Shown: piece by piece, positions 1-10,913 of the stretch
Layout of the letters: each line of letters starts with the position of its first letter
Position numbering within the stretch: the stretch's first letter is position 1
NCBI GenBank assembly: GCA_000708835.1
Contig: DF237430.1
Location: forward strand, 1 to 64,000
Direction of reading: 5' to 3'
Length of the DNA stretch: 64,000 nt
Origin: Klebsormidium nitens
Taxonomy: Eukaryota; Plantae; Klebsormidiophyceae
Position numbers and translations under genes: made by a program
The notes under the pieces: model-generated
Database searches by the model: none
What the model saw: the letters and a program-made list of their open reading frames with translations, nothing else
What the model was told of the DNA's origin: nothing

Positions 1-1185
1 AAAATCCTGCTAGAACCCCTGACTCGCTCGAGCCCGGCCGACCGTGACGGTCCGACCAAACTCTTTGCCCACTGGGCTAAAAAGAGCGCGTACCTTTACG
101 GAACCTTCCAAATCTATATAATAAAAGTCTTCGACAGTGTACGGCCGTAAATCTTGGAACCGATATCGACGACCGTCATTCCTTACACGTGGCAGATTCC
201 TATGTTCTTGCCATGTCGCAACAGCACGAGAGCAGTTTCAACGTTCGACGCGGTTCGGTACGCTTAGTCGATATTCTGCGCTCGTCATCCAGAGTCAGCT
301 CCGAAGATATCTACACTTCCGTTTTTTTCCGATCCGTCGCTTTCAAACCCCAGTGCCGAACTTGAAATTGGGGCCTGGACACATTCGTCGACCGAGATTC
401 AAAATGTGAATGCGGTCCCGATTCCGTTGTGCCCGTCACGTACCGTATCGGGGGGCCATGCTTGAAAGCTTACCACGTGGCACCGAGTACGAGTCACTGG
501 TCCGACCGTGAGTCACGACTCACGACTCACAATTCTGGTACCTAGGACTACAAGGATATCAGTGGACGGAAAACGCGAAATCCGCTATCAAAATTCTTGA
601 AGGCGGAATGCGGAGGCAGAGAGACTGATTTTAGGGTTCTAGCGTTCTAGGGAGCTGGCGATATATTGGCTTGCCTCTTCCTCTTAGGAAGAGGGGAACC
701 ATAGGGATCGATCATTTGGGCACTGTACGACGCCGCGGCGCGGGCCCGCCGTTCGACGTGCTTGGGTTGGCCCGTTTCGACGATAAAACGTACGGTATTG
801 CCTGGAATTCTGGACCAATAACGGTGCGACATTTTTTGGACTGGGGCCCCGCGTGCGGCGCAGTTGCACCTTACGAATCGAACACATCGGCTCGACCGGT
901 GCATGGTGCAAGTCGCGGAAGCGCGCTTCGTGCATGTCCGCGATGTTCGACGCCGAAGTTTCGCGCTTGCTCGGTTGGCTGGTTTCACGACCAAGACATC
1001 TACACCGTTGAAAGAGATATGGCCAGTCGATACCAACTGCGATTATCAACCGTTGATTACGTTGGAAATCAAGGAAGAGGCAAGCCCTTGCCGTCGCATC
1101 GACGGCCAACCATGTTCATATTGTGTCACATTGCTGATCAATTGTAGATCTGGGAAGAGCTACGGTACAATTGCTGTGTGTTTTG

Positions 1186-1756
1186 CTCGGGGTGGCAATT
1201 TGTAGTTTTAAAACAATTAGTGTTTTTTTGTTGCCTTTTGGACAAAACGATCGAAAACATATATATTCAACGTTTTATTTCATACCATCGTGTAGCCCTT
1301 TGTCCGTAGATTCTAAATCACTTATTGTTTTGAAATTTGCACCCCCCCTCATATAAGTAAAACGGTCTCAAAACGTTTTAAAACGCCAAAATCTTAAAAC
1401 ATGTATCTGCGTGTTGGGCGATCTCTGAAATAGCCCGTTTTATAAAACAAACAAAACAGTAAAACGTTTTAAAACGCCAAAATCTGCTTTCAAAACAGCG
1501 CGAGCGGCATATTTCAATATATTAGGGCCCTTTCTGGCATACGAATATATTATTTTTTGCTTTTCAGTTACATAGGAGGTCGTAACAAGTCAATAGCCAC
1601 TATAAAAACTTGAAAAAACATACAAAACAGGCTATTCGCAGCGTTTTAAAACAGTTTTAAAACGTTTTAAAACACTGTTTAAAATTGCAAAACAGCCAAA
1701 TCCCTTGTTTTAGTTCGCAGATACCATGTTTTAAAACTGGGAGTTGCCACCCCGAG
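1186..1756. mobile_element. Non-autonomous TIR element (MITE), probably hAT-type, 571 bp
   Basis: 29-bp terminal inverted repeats, 25/29 identical (left 1186-1214 CTCGGGGTGGCAATTTGTAGTTTTAAAAC; right 1728-1756). Flanked by a near-perfect 8-bp duplication: GTGTTTTG (1178-1185) / GTGTGTTG (1757-1764). AT-rich non-coding interior. Confidence 0.8.
1370..1485. repeat. 25-bp perfect direct repeat AAAACGTTTTAAAACGCCAAAATCT (1370-1394, 1461-1485) inside the MITE; related GTTTTAAAAC palindrome run at about 1641-1684
   Basis: Read directly from the sequence. Confidence 0.9.
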
Positions 1757-1834
1757 GTGTGTTGCGCTTGTGCAGTCCTTGTAGATGTATGCGGGTCTCC
1801 ATTGCAAAAACCTCCTGGAGGATCTGCTGGCAAC

Positions 1835-2467
1835 ATGGTCAATGCTTTGAAGGGCATTCTAATTGAGTGGTGAGTACTGCAGCCTTCTCATGATTTGCTT
1901 GAGTTGGAGCATCAATGCTTGTTGAGAGGCTGAATCATGGATCCTGTCGCTTAAGAAGTCACAAGCTGCTCCAATTGTGCATAGCAAGCTACCACCACCT
2001 AAACTAAATTTGCACCGCTTCTTATCTTTGTAGAAGGGACTTCTAAAGCTTGTAATCGAGTAATCATGTGGGCAAGCTTAAGTTTCTATCATTATCTTCT
2101 TATGATGGTATTTTGCGATGCCACGAGAAGAGGTTGCAGATCTTGGAACAGCTCACCACGTGTAATCGCGCACTCACTCTTTCAGTCGCTCCTGACAAAA
2201 GCTTGCGAATCCTGTGTGTCTCGCTTTACTAGCGGCCATCTTTCTCTTTGTCTGCATCGTGCAGCTGAGCCACGCATGTCTTCTTGCAGCGACATCCCAA
2301 TGAAGCAGTTCATTGTCAGCATTAACGACCAGCTGCCAAACGCTCAAAAGTTTATCATCTACGACCTGGACGACACGCACCTCTTTGTGCAGCCCCATGT
2401 GGCAGACATGCTGCAAAACAAAGTGAAGGACTTTTTGGACAAGATTACATATGAGAAACCAGCCTAA
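1835..2467 (+). CDS. TFB5: TFIIH subunit TFB5/GTF2H5 (p8/TTDA), 70 aa, 2 exons (1835-1869, 2290-2467)
   Basis: Spliced product MVNALKGILIECDIPMKQFIVSINDQLPNAQKFIIYDLDDTHLFVQPHVADMLQNKVKDFLDKITYEKPA has the Tfb5 family pattern (G.LIECD.PMKQF, FII.DLD.THLFV). The GT-AG intron keeps the frame. Confidence 0.95.
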
Positions 2468-2598
2468 GAATACTCAAATTCACAAGTCTACTTTTGCCCT
2501 GCTATCTAGCACATCACCCCCAAGTAACCACTTTAAAGCCCTAACCTCCTGCCAAGGTCGCGAAGGAGCTCTGTCACAACCCACACGCAGTTTGAGTA

Positions 2599-3964
2599 AT
2601 GCAGATCCTTAGGATGGATCACCCTTCAGTTGTGCAACTGCCCGCCGCGCTTTTCTCAAAAGTCTTCGCTACAGTAGAATCCTATCTGACTGCCTTTGCT
2701 ACTGAAGTGTTGAAAGCGGGCCCGATTCCAAGGCATGTTGCCTTCATCATGGACGGAAACCGGAGGTATGCAGACCGCAGCAAGATTGACCGGCGTTCGG
2801 GCCACGTGAGCGGGTATGCCAGCTTGATGAAGACCTTAGAAGCGTGCTTGAACCTGGGGGTGGAAGTGATTACAGTGTACGCCTTTAGCATTGACAACTT
2901 CAAGAGGTCTCCAGAGGAGGTAAGCGAATGGTTGTTGGGAAGATTCCGCTGCAAGCTTTTCCAGCAAGCATCTCTTTGTGGCAAGTTCGCTCGATGATAT
3001 CTGGATTGTCACACAACAGAGTCAGTGCAACTGCCGAACCTGGGATGGTTTGTGTTCTGCTCTTCAAGCGGCCAGCCCATTTGCTATCCCGCTTAGCATT
3101 GAGCTTCGAGCTGTAAGTCGTTTCATTTGTGCAAGTCGGGTGACCTCATACCCTCAAACGCCTGTCCAAACTTCAGATGTTTCCTCCCTGCAGGTGTCTG
3201 CCCTTATGGATCTAGTGGAGGAAAAGCTGATTGCTCTGGCCAAAGAAACAGAGCTCATCAACAAAGTGGGTGGCTTGCCTGAACACGTCAATTCATCCAT
3301 TTTTAAGTCCGCCCGTTTTTATTTTGCTAGAGCCCAAATCTGCTGCCTTATCATCCTCCCATTTGCCGGATTGTTGTCTCAACGTTTTCTGGTCCTGTTC
3401 TGGCATACGGCTACCAATCATAATCTTTACTTTCCATGCAAAGGGCTGCCTAAAACACTGCTTCAATTTTGCAACTTCGTGGCACTCGTCTTTCACGTGC
3501 AGTATGGGATCTGTGTGAAGCTGGTTGGGAACACGAGCCTCCTCCCGGAAGCTGTCCAGCGGGCCGGCAAGCATGCGGAAGCAGTGACTGGCCACCATTC
3601 GCGCTCCCGCCTCAACCTCGCACTCGCATACACCTCCAGGGACGAGATTCGGCACGCGGTCGAATGTGTCCGAGATGATTTCGTAGCAGGAAGTCGGCCC
3701 TCTTCGGAGGTTAACCAGGACCCTCATGCCCAAAGCAGCGGGCGACCCTTCCAGGCGGCCATCGAGGAGCACCTTTACACGTCAGGATGTCCCCCTGTCG
3801 ACCTTCTTGTGCGGACATCTGGGGAAGCCAGGCTTAGCAACTTCTTGTTGTGGCAGTCGTCTTCGGCGTGCTTGGCATTTTGTCAAGCGCTTTGGCCGGA
3901 GTTCTCCTTCAGACACTTAGTGTGGGCCGTCCTCGAGTATCAACGAGCAAAACCGTGGTTGTAG
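2599..3964 (+). CDS. cis-prenyltransferase (dehydrodolichyl diphosphate synthase type), 3 exons (2599 or 2614-2919, 3194-3265, 3503-3964)
   Basis: Conserved cis-PT motifs IPRHVAFIMDGNRRYA, TVYAFSIDNFKRSPEEV, LNLALAYTSRDEI, VDLLVRTSGEARLSNFLLWQ, LWPEFS. Confidence 0.95.
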
Positions 3965-5476
3965 CTGCCATCCTGATTTGACCCGAATGCGTCCCGAGCA
4001 TCTCAATTGTGCTGAGTCAATCAAGGTTCTGACTGGTCGAGCGCCATTTGAGTTGGTGTGCACGATTGCCTCACCCGTCTTGATGTCGATGATTGAAACG
4101 TGTGCATGTGATGATCTCGCACTGTGTCAACTCACTATACTAAGCGCAGGAAGTTGATGAGCAATTTAAACCGCGCACGTTATACAAAGCAAGTGGTGAG
4201 AATGCTTCCGGCTCTGCAATTCGTATTCATAGGTGGCCGCCGCCGGGCGTGAACAAATGTGCCAATCCTTTGGATCAATATAGCGCGGGGTACGGCAATT
4301 ATGCTATTTGAAGGCCGCCAGCTCAAACAAGTAGTCAATCAGGCTTTAATAGACTAATCTTAAAGCACTGTCAAACAGTAGGGGCCGGTGATGTATACCG
4401 TCATGTATGACTATCAGGAGAAGGATCTATCATACAAAGTATGGGTCGGCGCGTGCCAGCGCGTTTGCGCTGGCTGTGAAGCAGCCTTGAACGTTGAGAA
4501 TGTAAAGGCTCATGCCACAAATAGGTTAGGAGCTCGGTCGTGCGCCGGTTTTGGCTGGCGGGACGCGGCATGGCCAAGCTCGTATATCATGCTCATATCA
4601 TGTGATTGTGTTCACTAATAGAATGTACATCATAATATCGGTGCAATTAACCTTCTAATTTAGGTACTTGATATCGCGTACGGTACATTCCGACCGTTGC
4701 ATGCAAGAATGCAAGCGCATAGTGTCGGACCACAATAATTGCACGCACCAAAACGGACATGTTCATACATCACTGAATAACAGATGTACTTTATTGACAA
4801 CTTCCGAGTAGCAATGATTCAGCATGTCGATGCTTGGATGGGTCGCATCAATAAAGTGGTTGGAGACTCGCCGCCCATATGTTATAGATGGCCAGCATCT
4901 AGGTCGACCATCCAAAGTGACCGTCATGGATGTTGTACGTCAAGTTTCTTGAACCGGCCGCCGGGGCCGGCCGGGGTGCACCATCATGGTGGCTGGCAGT
5001 CACCTTGGTGCAAACGCTTGGACTTGATGACACAGTAAGGCCATCTCGAGGCCTGATCATGTTGATACTCCAATACTTCAGATTTGGCTGCGGCAGGCCG
5101 CCCCGTGCCCGAACATCATCATGTCCTGAACTATGGTGAATCTGTTTCAACCCGTCGGAGTCGAACTAATCAAGAAACTGCAGAGTTAATGTAATCCTGC
5201 AGATTGTACCTAGACTTCTCGGCGGCCCTTTATTCTCCGTATCGAAGCCACCAAAAGTGAACCGTCTATGAAACAATCAATGAAGAGCTTCATAACTCTT
5301 CAATTATCTGTATCTTGCTTATCTCACTTGCTCTCGGCTCAGCGTCTCATGGACGTGAAACCCAATTGGCGGCTCAATGGCAAACGTACAACATTTGCAA
5401 AGACCAGCGAACCACAGCCGGCGGTCCGAATTGAACGGCGAATCCACGTATATACAGTACACAGCTTCGCAGCTGC

Positions 5477-8400
5477 TCAAAAGTCTCGGAATATTCTCTG
5501 CGCTTCCCGCAGCTGCTGCGGGTCGTCCTCAATATCGTCCAGGTGGTCGTCCACGTCGCCGTGCGACTTGCGGTCCCGGATGGCCGCGGGCGGCGGCTTC
5601 AGCTGCTTCCGCGCGAGCGCGTTCCAGTCCAGCCCCGCGAACCAGGGGTGCTCCTTCACATCCTTGGCGCGGCCCTGGCAAGCGAACAATCGGAAAGCTT
5701 TGTTTTTGCTGTTGGTTTGCGTTAGTCTGCTACTTTTGAGGGCTCTTTCTGAGAATCAAGGAACTTTCGAATTTGGGGAACGGTGCGCGAAGCGCAACGA
5801 AGGGAAAGCCCTCAGCAAAGATTCCGAGGTTTGAAGCCACAATCACCGCGCTTCAGATCTGCATTCACAATCTAAAGACTCGATATGAGCGAGACAGGGA
5901 GCGCCCGCTGCGCGTTTAGCCGCAGAGGGGGGGAGCGGCGCTCACGCTGAGGTTGCCGAGGCGCTTGGCGGGCTTCCTCTCGAGGAAGCGCTGGATGAGG
6001 TTGATGGCGTTCTTGGACATGAAGCTGGGGTAGTACACCTCGTACGTCGGATCCACGATGCGGTTCATCACCACCATCGGATCCTCCGTCGGCTCGCCGA
6101 ACGGCTGACGGCCCGTCAGCAACACGTACAGTACCACGCCCAGGCCCCACCTGAGGTTCGAGGTGTTGAGGAAGTTTGAGAGTTCCGTGCGTAATCGTTT
6201 GAGGAGAGTCGGTAAAGGTGGGTGCACTATGTTGGGCAATGAGTTGCACAAGAGCACAGTGGTCCCGAAAGCCGTCTGAGCTCGAACCATCTCGTAAGCT
6301 TGAAAAAGATTTAAATGTCGCGTTTGCAAGTCTGCCTGAAGAAGCGGACGAAGGCGAAGCGGGGAGAAGACAAGGGGTGTGTCGAGGACTGCCCTTCCGG
6401 AAAAGAAGTTTGGGGGAAGATCACGGATTTAAGTCGGAGGGATTGGAGCGGGACAGCTGGACGGCTCACCAGTCAACACCCGTGCCGTAGCCTCTCGCCA
6501 GCACGCTCTCCGGCGCAACGTAGCCGGGCGTCCCGCAAAACGTGTAGGTGCGGTCAATGCCAGACAGCACCTGCAGCGAGGCACGGAGACGGACGTCATC
6601 AATCAACACTTCCTTGGCACGTGCGGGAAAGAAAGCAGCAAGCAGAGAGGTGACGCGTCATTCTGAGGAACCTTTTAAGTGCCCATTTACGGAGCTCCGT
6701 CGATTGATTCAATTTGCGGTCCACGTTTTCAAGCTTTGCCTGCAATGGGAAAACCAAGCCTCGAATTATACGAAGTACCAAACGGGGAGCCCTCCGGCGG
6801 CGCTCGTAAACAAGGGGCCTCACCTTGGCAAAGCCGAAGTCGCCGAGCTTGATGTAGCCGTCTCGGTCCAGCATGACGTTCTCGGGCTTGAGGTCCCGGT
6901 AGACGATGCTGTTGCCATGCAGGTACTCCAGGGCCAGCACCAGGCACGCCGTGTAGAAGCGGCACATCGGCTCTTTCATGCCCTGCCACCCGCAGATTAA
7001 GATCAGTCAGCTATCGACTCGTTGAGTAGGCCAACACAGCCTCTTCTCTCGCAGGCACGCGCATTATTTACGGGAGGCGGAAAAGCAGGACACTGATCGG
7101 GTCTCAGCGAACCACGAACGACATTTATGACACTTCCTCGGCAGGCCGAGTACCGCTGGCTTCGTTACGGCGCAGCAGCGATTGGGCAAGTGGCATTTGC
7201 GAGTAACGAAGCGGACAGGAAAGTGTTTATGCTGTGGGGGCTTACCTGCAAGACGTCCACTTTGGGGCTAAGGCACCACATGCCCAACCGCATTGACTTG
7301 ACCTCCGCGCAGGCCACGAGAGAGTCCATCAGGTCACCGCCCGGCAAATAATCCAAGAGCAAGTAGCTGCACGGAACGGAAGGATAAAGGTTCAAACGAC
7401 GTTGGCTCTCCTCTTTCTCTAAGGCTTTGCTGTAGACTGATTAAGTGAGTTGGCTTGAACGGTTGACCATAAAGAGCAACAGCCGTCCGAAGTTGGTCCG
7501 TGTCTCAATCAGGGTCTGGCTAGAGTCAATCAAGTCATGCCCCGGTCTGAACATTCATGCTGTACTTTGAGAATACAGAGAGCTACATCTCTCTCCACAA
7601 GGGTTTGTTTGTCTCGGGTCCAGCTCTTCACCGATTCGATCGGGGTGTGCAGGCGGCGCGGCGCGCTCACAGGTATTTGGAGTCCTGGAAGGAGGCGTAC
7701 TGCTTGACGACGAAGGGGTTCTCGATGAGGCGCGTGATGTGCTGCTCGCAGAAGACGTGCTCGCTGCAGCCCATCAGGTCCGTCTTGCGCATCTTCTTCA
7801 ACGCGTACTCGCGCCGCGTGCTCTCGTCCCGCACGTGGTACACCTGGGCGCAAGCAGAGGCACAGCCGCCAGGTTGTAAGTGAGAGGGGCGCTAACGTGT
7901 AGTCTGTTCAGTCGAGTAAGATCTCGGGCTTTGTCACTAGCTCATGGAAATGGACCGTTTTGCGACTTGTGACGCCCTTATTTTTCTGCAGATTCCGCCG
8001 TCCCTTTCGAGCGCGGTAAAACGTCTCGCAAGGCTGCTTGAGCGAACCCCTAGAAGATCCAGTATACGTGAGACATGCTTCGAGCAGCTCCAGCACGGAC
8101 TTGTTTCTCCTCGAGCACGTCTTTTGAGACGTGCTCGAGAAGCTGCGACACCCCTTAAAAGTGACCGCAGAAAAAAGGATTCTTGCTTGGAACCCCTACA
8201 GTCAGCGCCAAGGTTTACGCGGCCGCGAGCGCGCTCTCACCACGCTGAACGCCCCGCTGCCCAGCTTCTCCAGCTCCACCAGGTGCTTCAGCGACACCTG
8301 GTGCGCGTCCGCCTTGGCGGGCTCCTCCAGCTTCTCCGACCGGGACGGGTCCTGCATAAAGAAAGCGGATCCGTGAAATTCAGTCCAGAGGTGAGACCGG

Positions 8401-10913
8401 AGCCAGGATTGTGTTGGATGCTTTCCTGCCGGGCGAGAAATGTCAAAGTTGACGACATACCTGAAGGAACCATCATTGAGGCCTGCATCTTTTTGAATGT
8501 CCGCAACGAGCTTGTTTCCGCTTTGACTATGTAGCGAAGCAAGATTTGACGTGGGCGACATCAAGCGACATCAAGCTGGGAAGTGGTCGCCACAAGACAA
8601 ACGCGTTGCTCCTTCGACTCTGTCCGTCTCGTTCTCGTTTCTGCTGAATCGCGGGGACGGAGCTTGCTCGCGCGCTCACCATGTCGATCTTCTCCCGGAC
8701 CATGAGATTCTGGAGAGGGCCCAGGACCTCGACAAACACGTTGCGCTTGAGCGTCAGGCAGGTGAGGGGCGACGTCCCGGACGCGATCACGGTGGCCGTG
8801 CGCGGCTCCGACGTGAAGAGCGCGCGCTCGCCAAAGAAGTCCGCCTTGTACAGGTGGTTCACCTGAAGCCACCCATAGCACCGATTCTCATTTTCACCCC
8901 GGTCAAATGTTTCCCCGTTAATGGAATCAGCAGAGTCGACCTCAAAAACGCGCCTCGAAGTCATTGAGCATCTGACGTAAACGCTCCTCGCATGCACGTC
9001 AACGGAGGCGAGGTAGGTTGCGTTGGGGGCAGGTGCTGTCTTTCAATAGCGCAGCTCTGGGCTGCGATTGAAACGCTTTTTGAGGAGCTGCGCACTCTCT
9101 ATTGCGGAGCTACGTACCTTTTGCTGGGCCCCTCTTTGGCCGGACGCGGAGCTCTTGCTCACTGTGACGATGCCCTCTCCTGCTTTAATGATGTAGAACA
9201 GCTCGCCCTTCTCGCCTTCGCGGATGACCGTCTCGCCGGGGTTGTACGAGATCTGCACGGACACGAACCTTTTACAACCAGTCTAACGGCTTGATGGGAA
9301 AGTCTTCGAACAACCCCAAGAAAGCCTGGCATATTCTTTGTACTCGCGTTGGGGCGCCTTGAAGCATATCGACCGTCCTGGGCTCATTGCTGACCTGCCT
9401 ATTCACGTTGAGGAGCCTCATTTTCCTATGAATAACATCCTATCTGTCCTCGAATTTCTTCTGGAGAAGGTCGGGAGAGGGAGAAACAGGGCTCCGACGC
9501 CAAAAGAACTATCCAGGTAAGCGAAACGATCTGATCTTTTCCGGAGTCCCTAGCTAGCCAGCCCCTGCTGCCCACCTCTTCCATGGCGTCCGCCAGGCGC
9601 AGCCTCTCGGCGCGGCTGAGCGTTGCGAGCACGGGCACGCTGTCCAGGAAGCGCATGATCTCCTCCACCTGCGCGGCCGACACCTCGCGCAGGATCTGGC
9701 GCAGCGTGCTGCGGTCCAGCACCCACACCACGGCGTTGCTCAGCGCCGTAAGCGTAGCCGCGCGCGGCGTGCTGTACATGAGCGCCAGCTCGCCGAAGTA
9801 GTCCCCGGGGCCCTTTGTGACGATGCGCTTCTGGACGCCGTGCACGTCCTTGGTGATCTAGGGCACGGAAGAGAGAGGTGAGGGGTGCAGCACGGGCGTC
9901 GAAACGGCTACGCTCCAAGTCTCTAATGGATTACCGTTGTCTGTGTGTTCTCGTGTATTGTTTGGAGTCTAGCTCTGGTGACTTCGTCCGATCCAATTTC
10001 GGATGCGTTAGTATTCAGATTCCCGGTTGCTCAATTCACAGAAGCGGCCAAAGACTAGCGTCACTTTGAAACATCAAGTGCGACTTCGCTGGAAAGCTTT
10101 TCGGCCCGTTTCCTGTGCGCTTCACAGGGGCCGGTTGAGCACCACTACATGTCAGAAATACACGGTCTGTTGGAGAATGTGTCGCTCCCAACGTGTTTCA
10201 GAAGCATCAGTCAAGCAGCCTTTGGTTATCACTCCAATGCTGCTTATAGCCCTCAGTTTTAGATAACAGAAGAGGCTTTGAGCCCTTAGGGGCTGCCTTC
10301 ACTGCGTGTCAACCGTGCTGCCTAAGCTCAGTGTATCAGCTCACCTCGAAGTGCCCGCTTTTGACAACGTACATCTCATCTGCATCAGCTCCTGAGTCGC
10401 CCTCCCGGATGAGGACCTCACCTCGTTTCACTTCTTTCTCGTACATGCGACTCAGCACCTGCACAATGACGGAATCGTTGTCTCAATCTTTCCTACCTCC
10501 CCTGGGGTCATAATCAGCTTGCATGCTCGGTGGAACGGTTCGGTTGGAAGGGGGCAGCTTGGTTCCAAGAAGCAGGGTTTGCTACAGCACCAGCACTGCA
10601 ACTAGTGTGCGCGCATCCACTTCCACCCACTGTCTGGTTGTGTGTGACCAGCCTAAAACCAGAGTTTCACTCAGAAGCTGGAACTCACCTGTAGCTGCTG
10701 CGTGTTTGCCAGCCTGGTAAAGAGAATGTTAGACGACAGAGCAGCCTCAATGGCAGGGAAGTCGTTCGGTTGGGCATTGAGCCGCTGCTCCGACTCCCTC
10801 TTTGCTTCCCTCCGCCCTTCTGTGACGGCCTTTTGCCTGGCGGGGTGGCCATAGTCTCTGTCCCGGCTTGCATCTGCCGCCACAATCTCCCGCACGCTGA
10901 TGTTGTTCCCCAT
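5477..10913 (-). CDS. Single-chain cyclic-nucleotide-dependent AGC protein kinase (PKG-like: 2 CNB domains + Ser/Thr kinase), about 12 exons; start could be 10913 (MGNNIS), 11048 or further upstream
   Basis: CNB-A ...[16 protein letters not shown]; CNB-B ...[16 protein letters not shown]; kinase motifs [69 protein letters not shown]; ends IFRDF*. Canonical splice sites link all exons in frame. Confidence 0.93.

Noticed and set aside
647-1205. Overlapping 110-160 aa ORFs on both strands
   Set aside because: No homology motifs, no splice-consistent model; probably TE-derived non-coding DNA
1370-1690. AAAACGTTTT-type repeats as a CRISPR-like array
   Set aside because: Irregular spacing, eukaryotic context, no cas genes; they are internal MITE repeats
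2978-3964. 328-aa ORF read as one protein
   Set aside because: Reads through two introns of the cis-prenyltransferase; only the exonic parts are homologous
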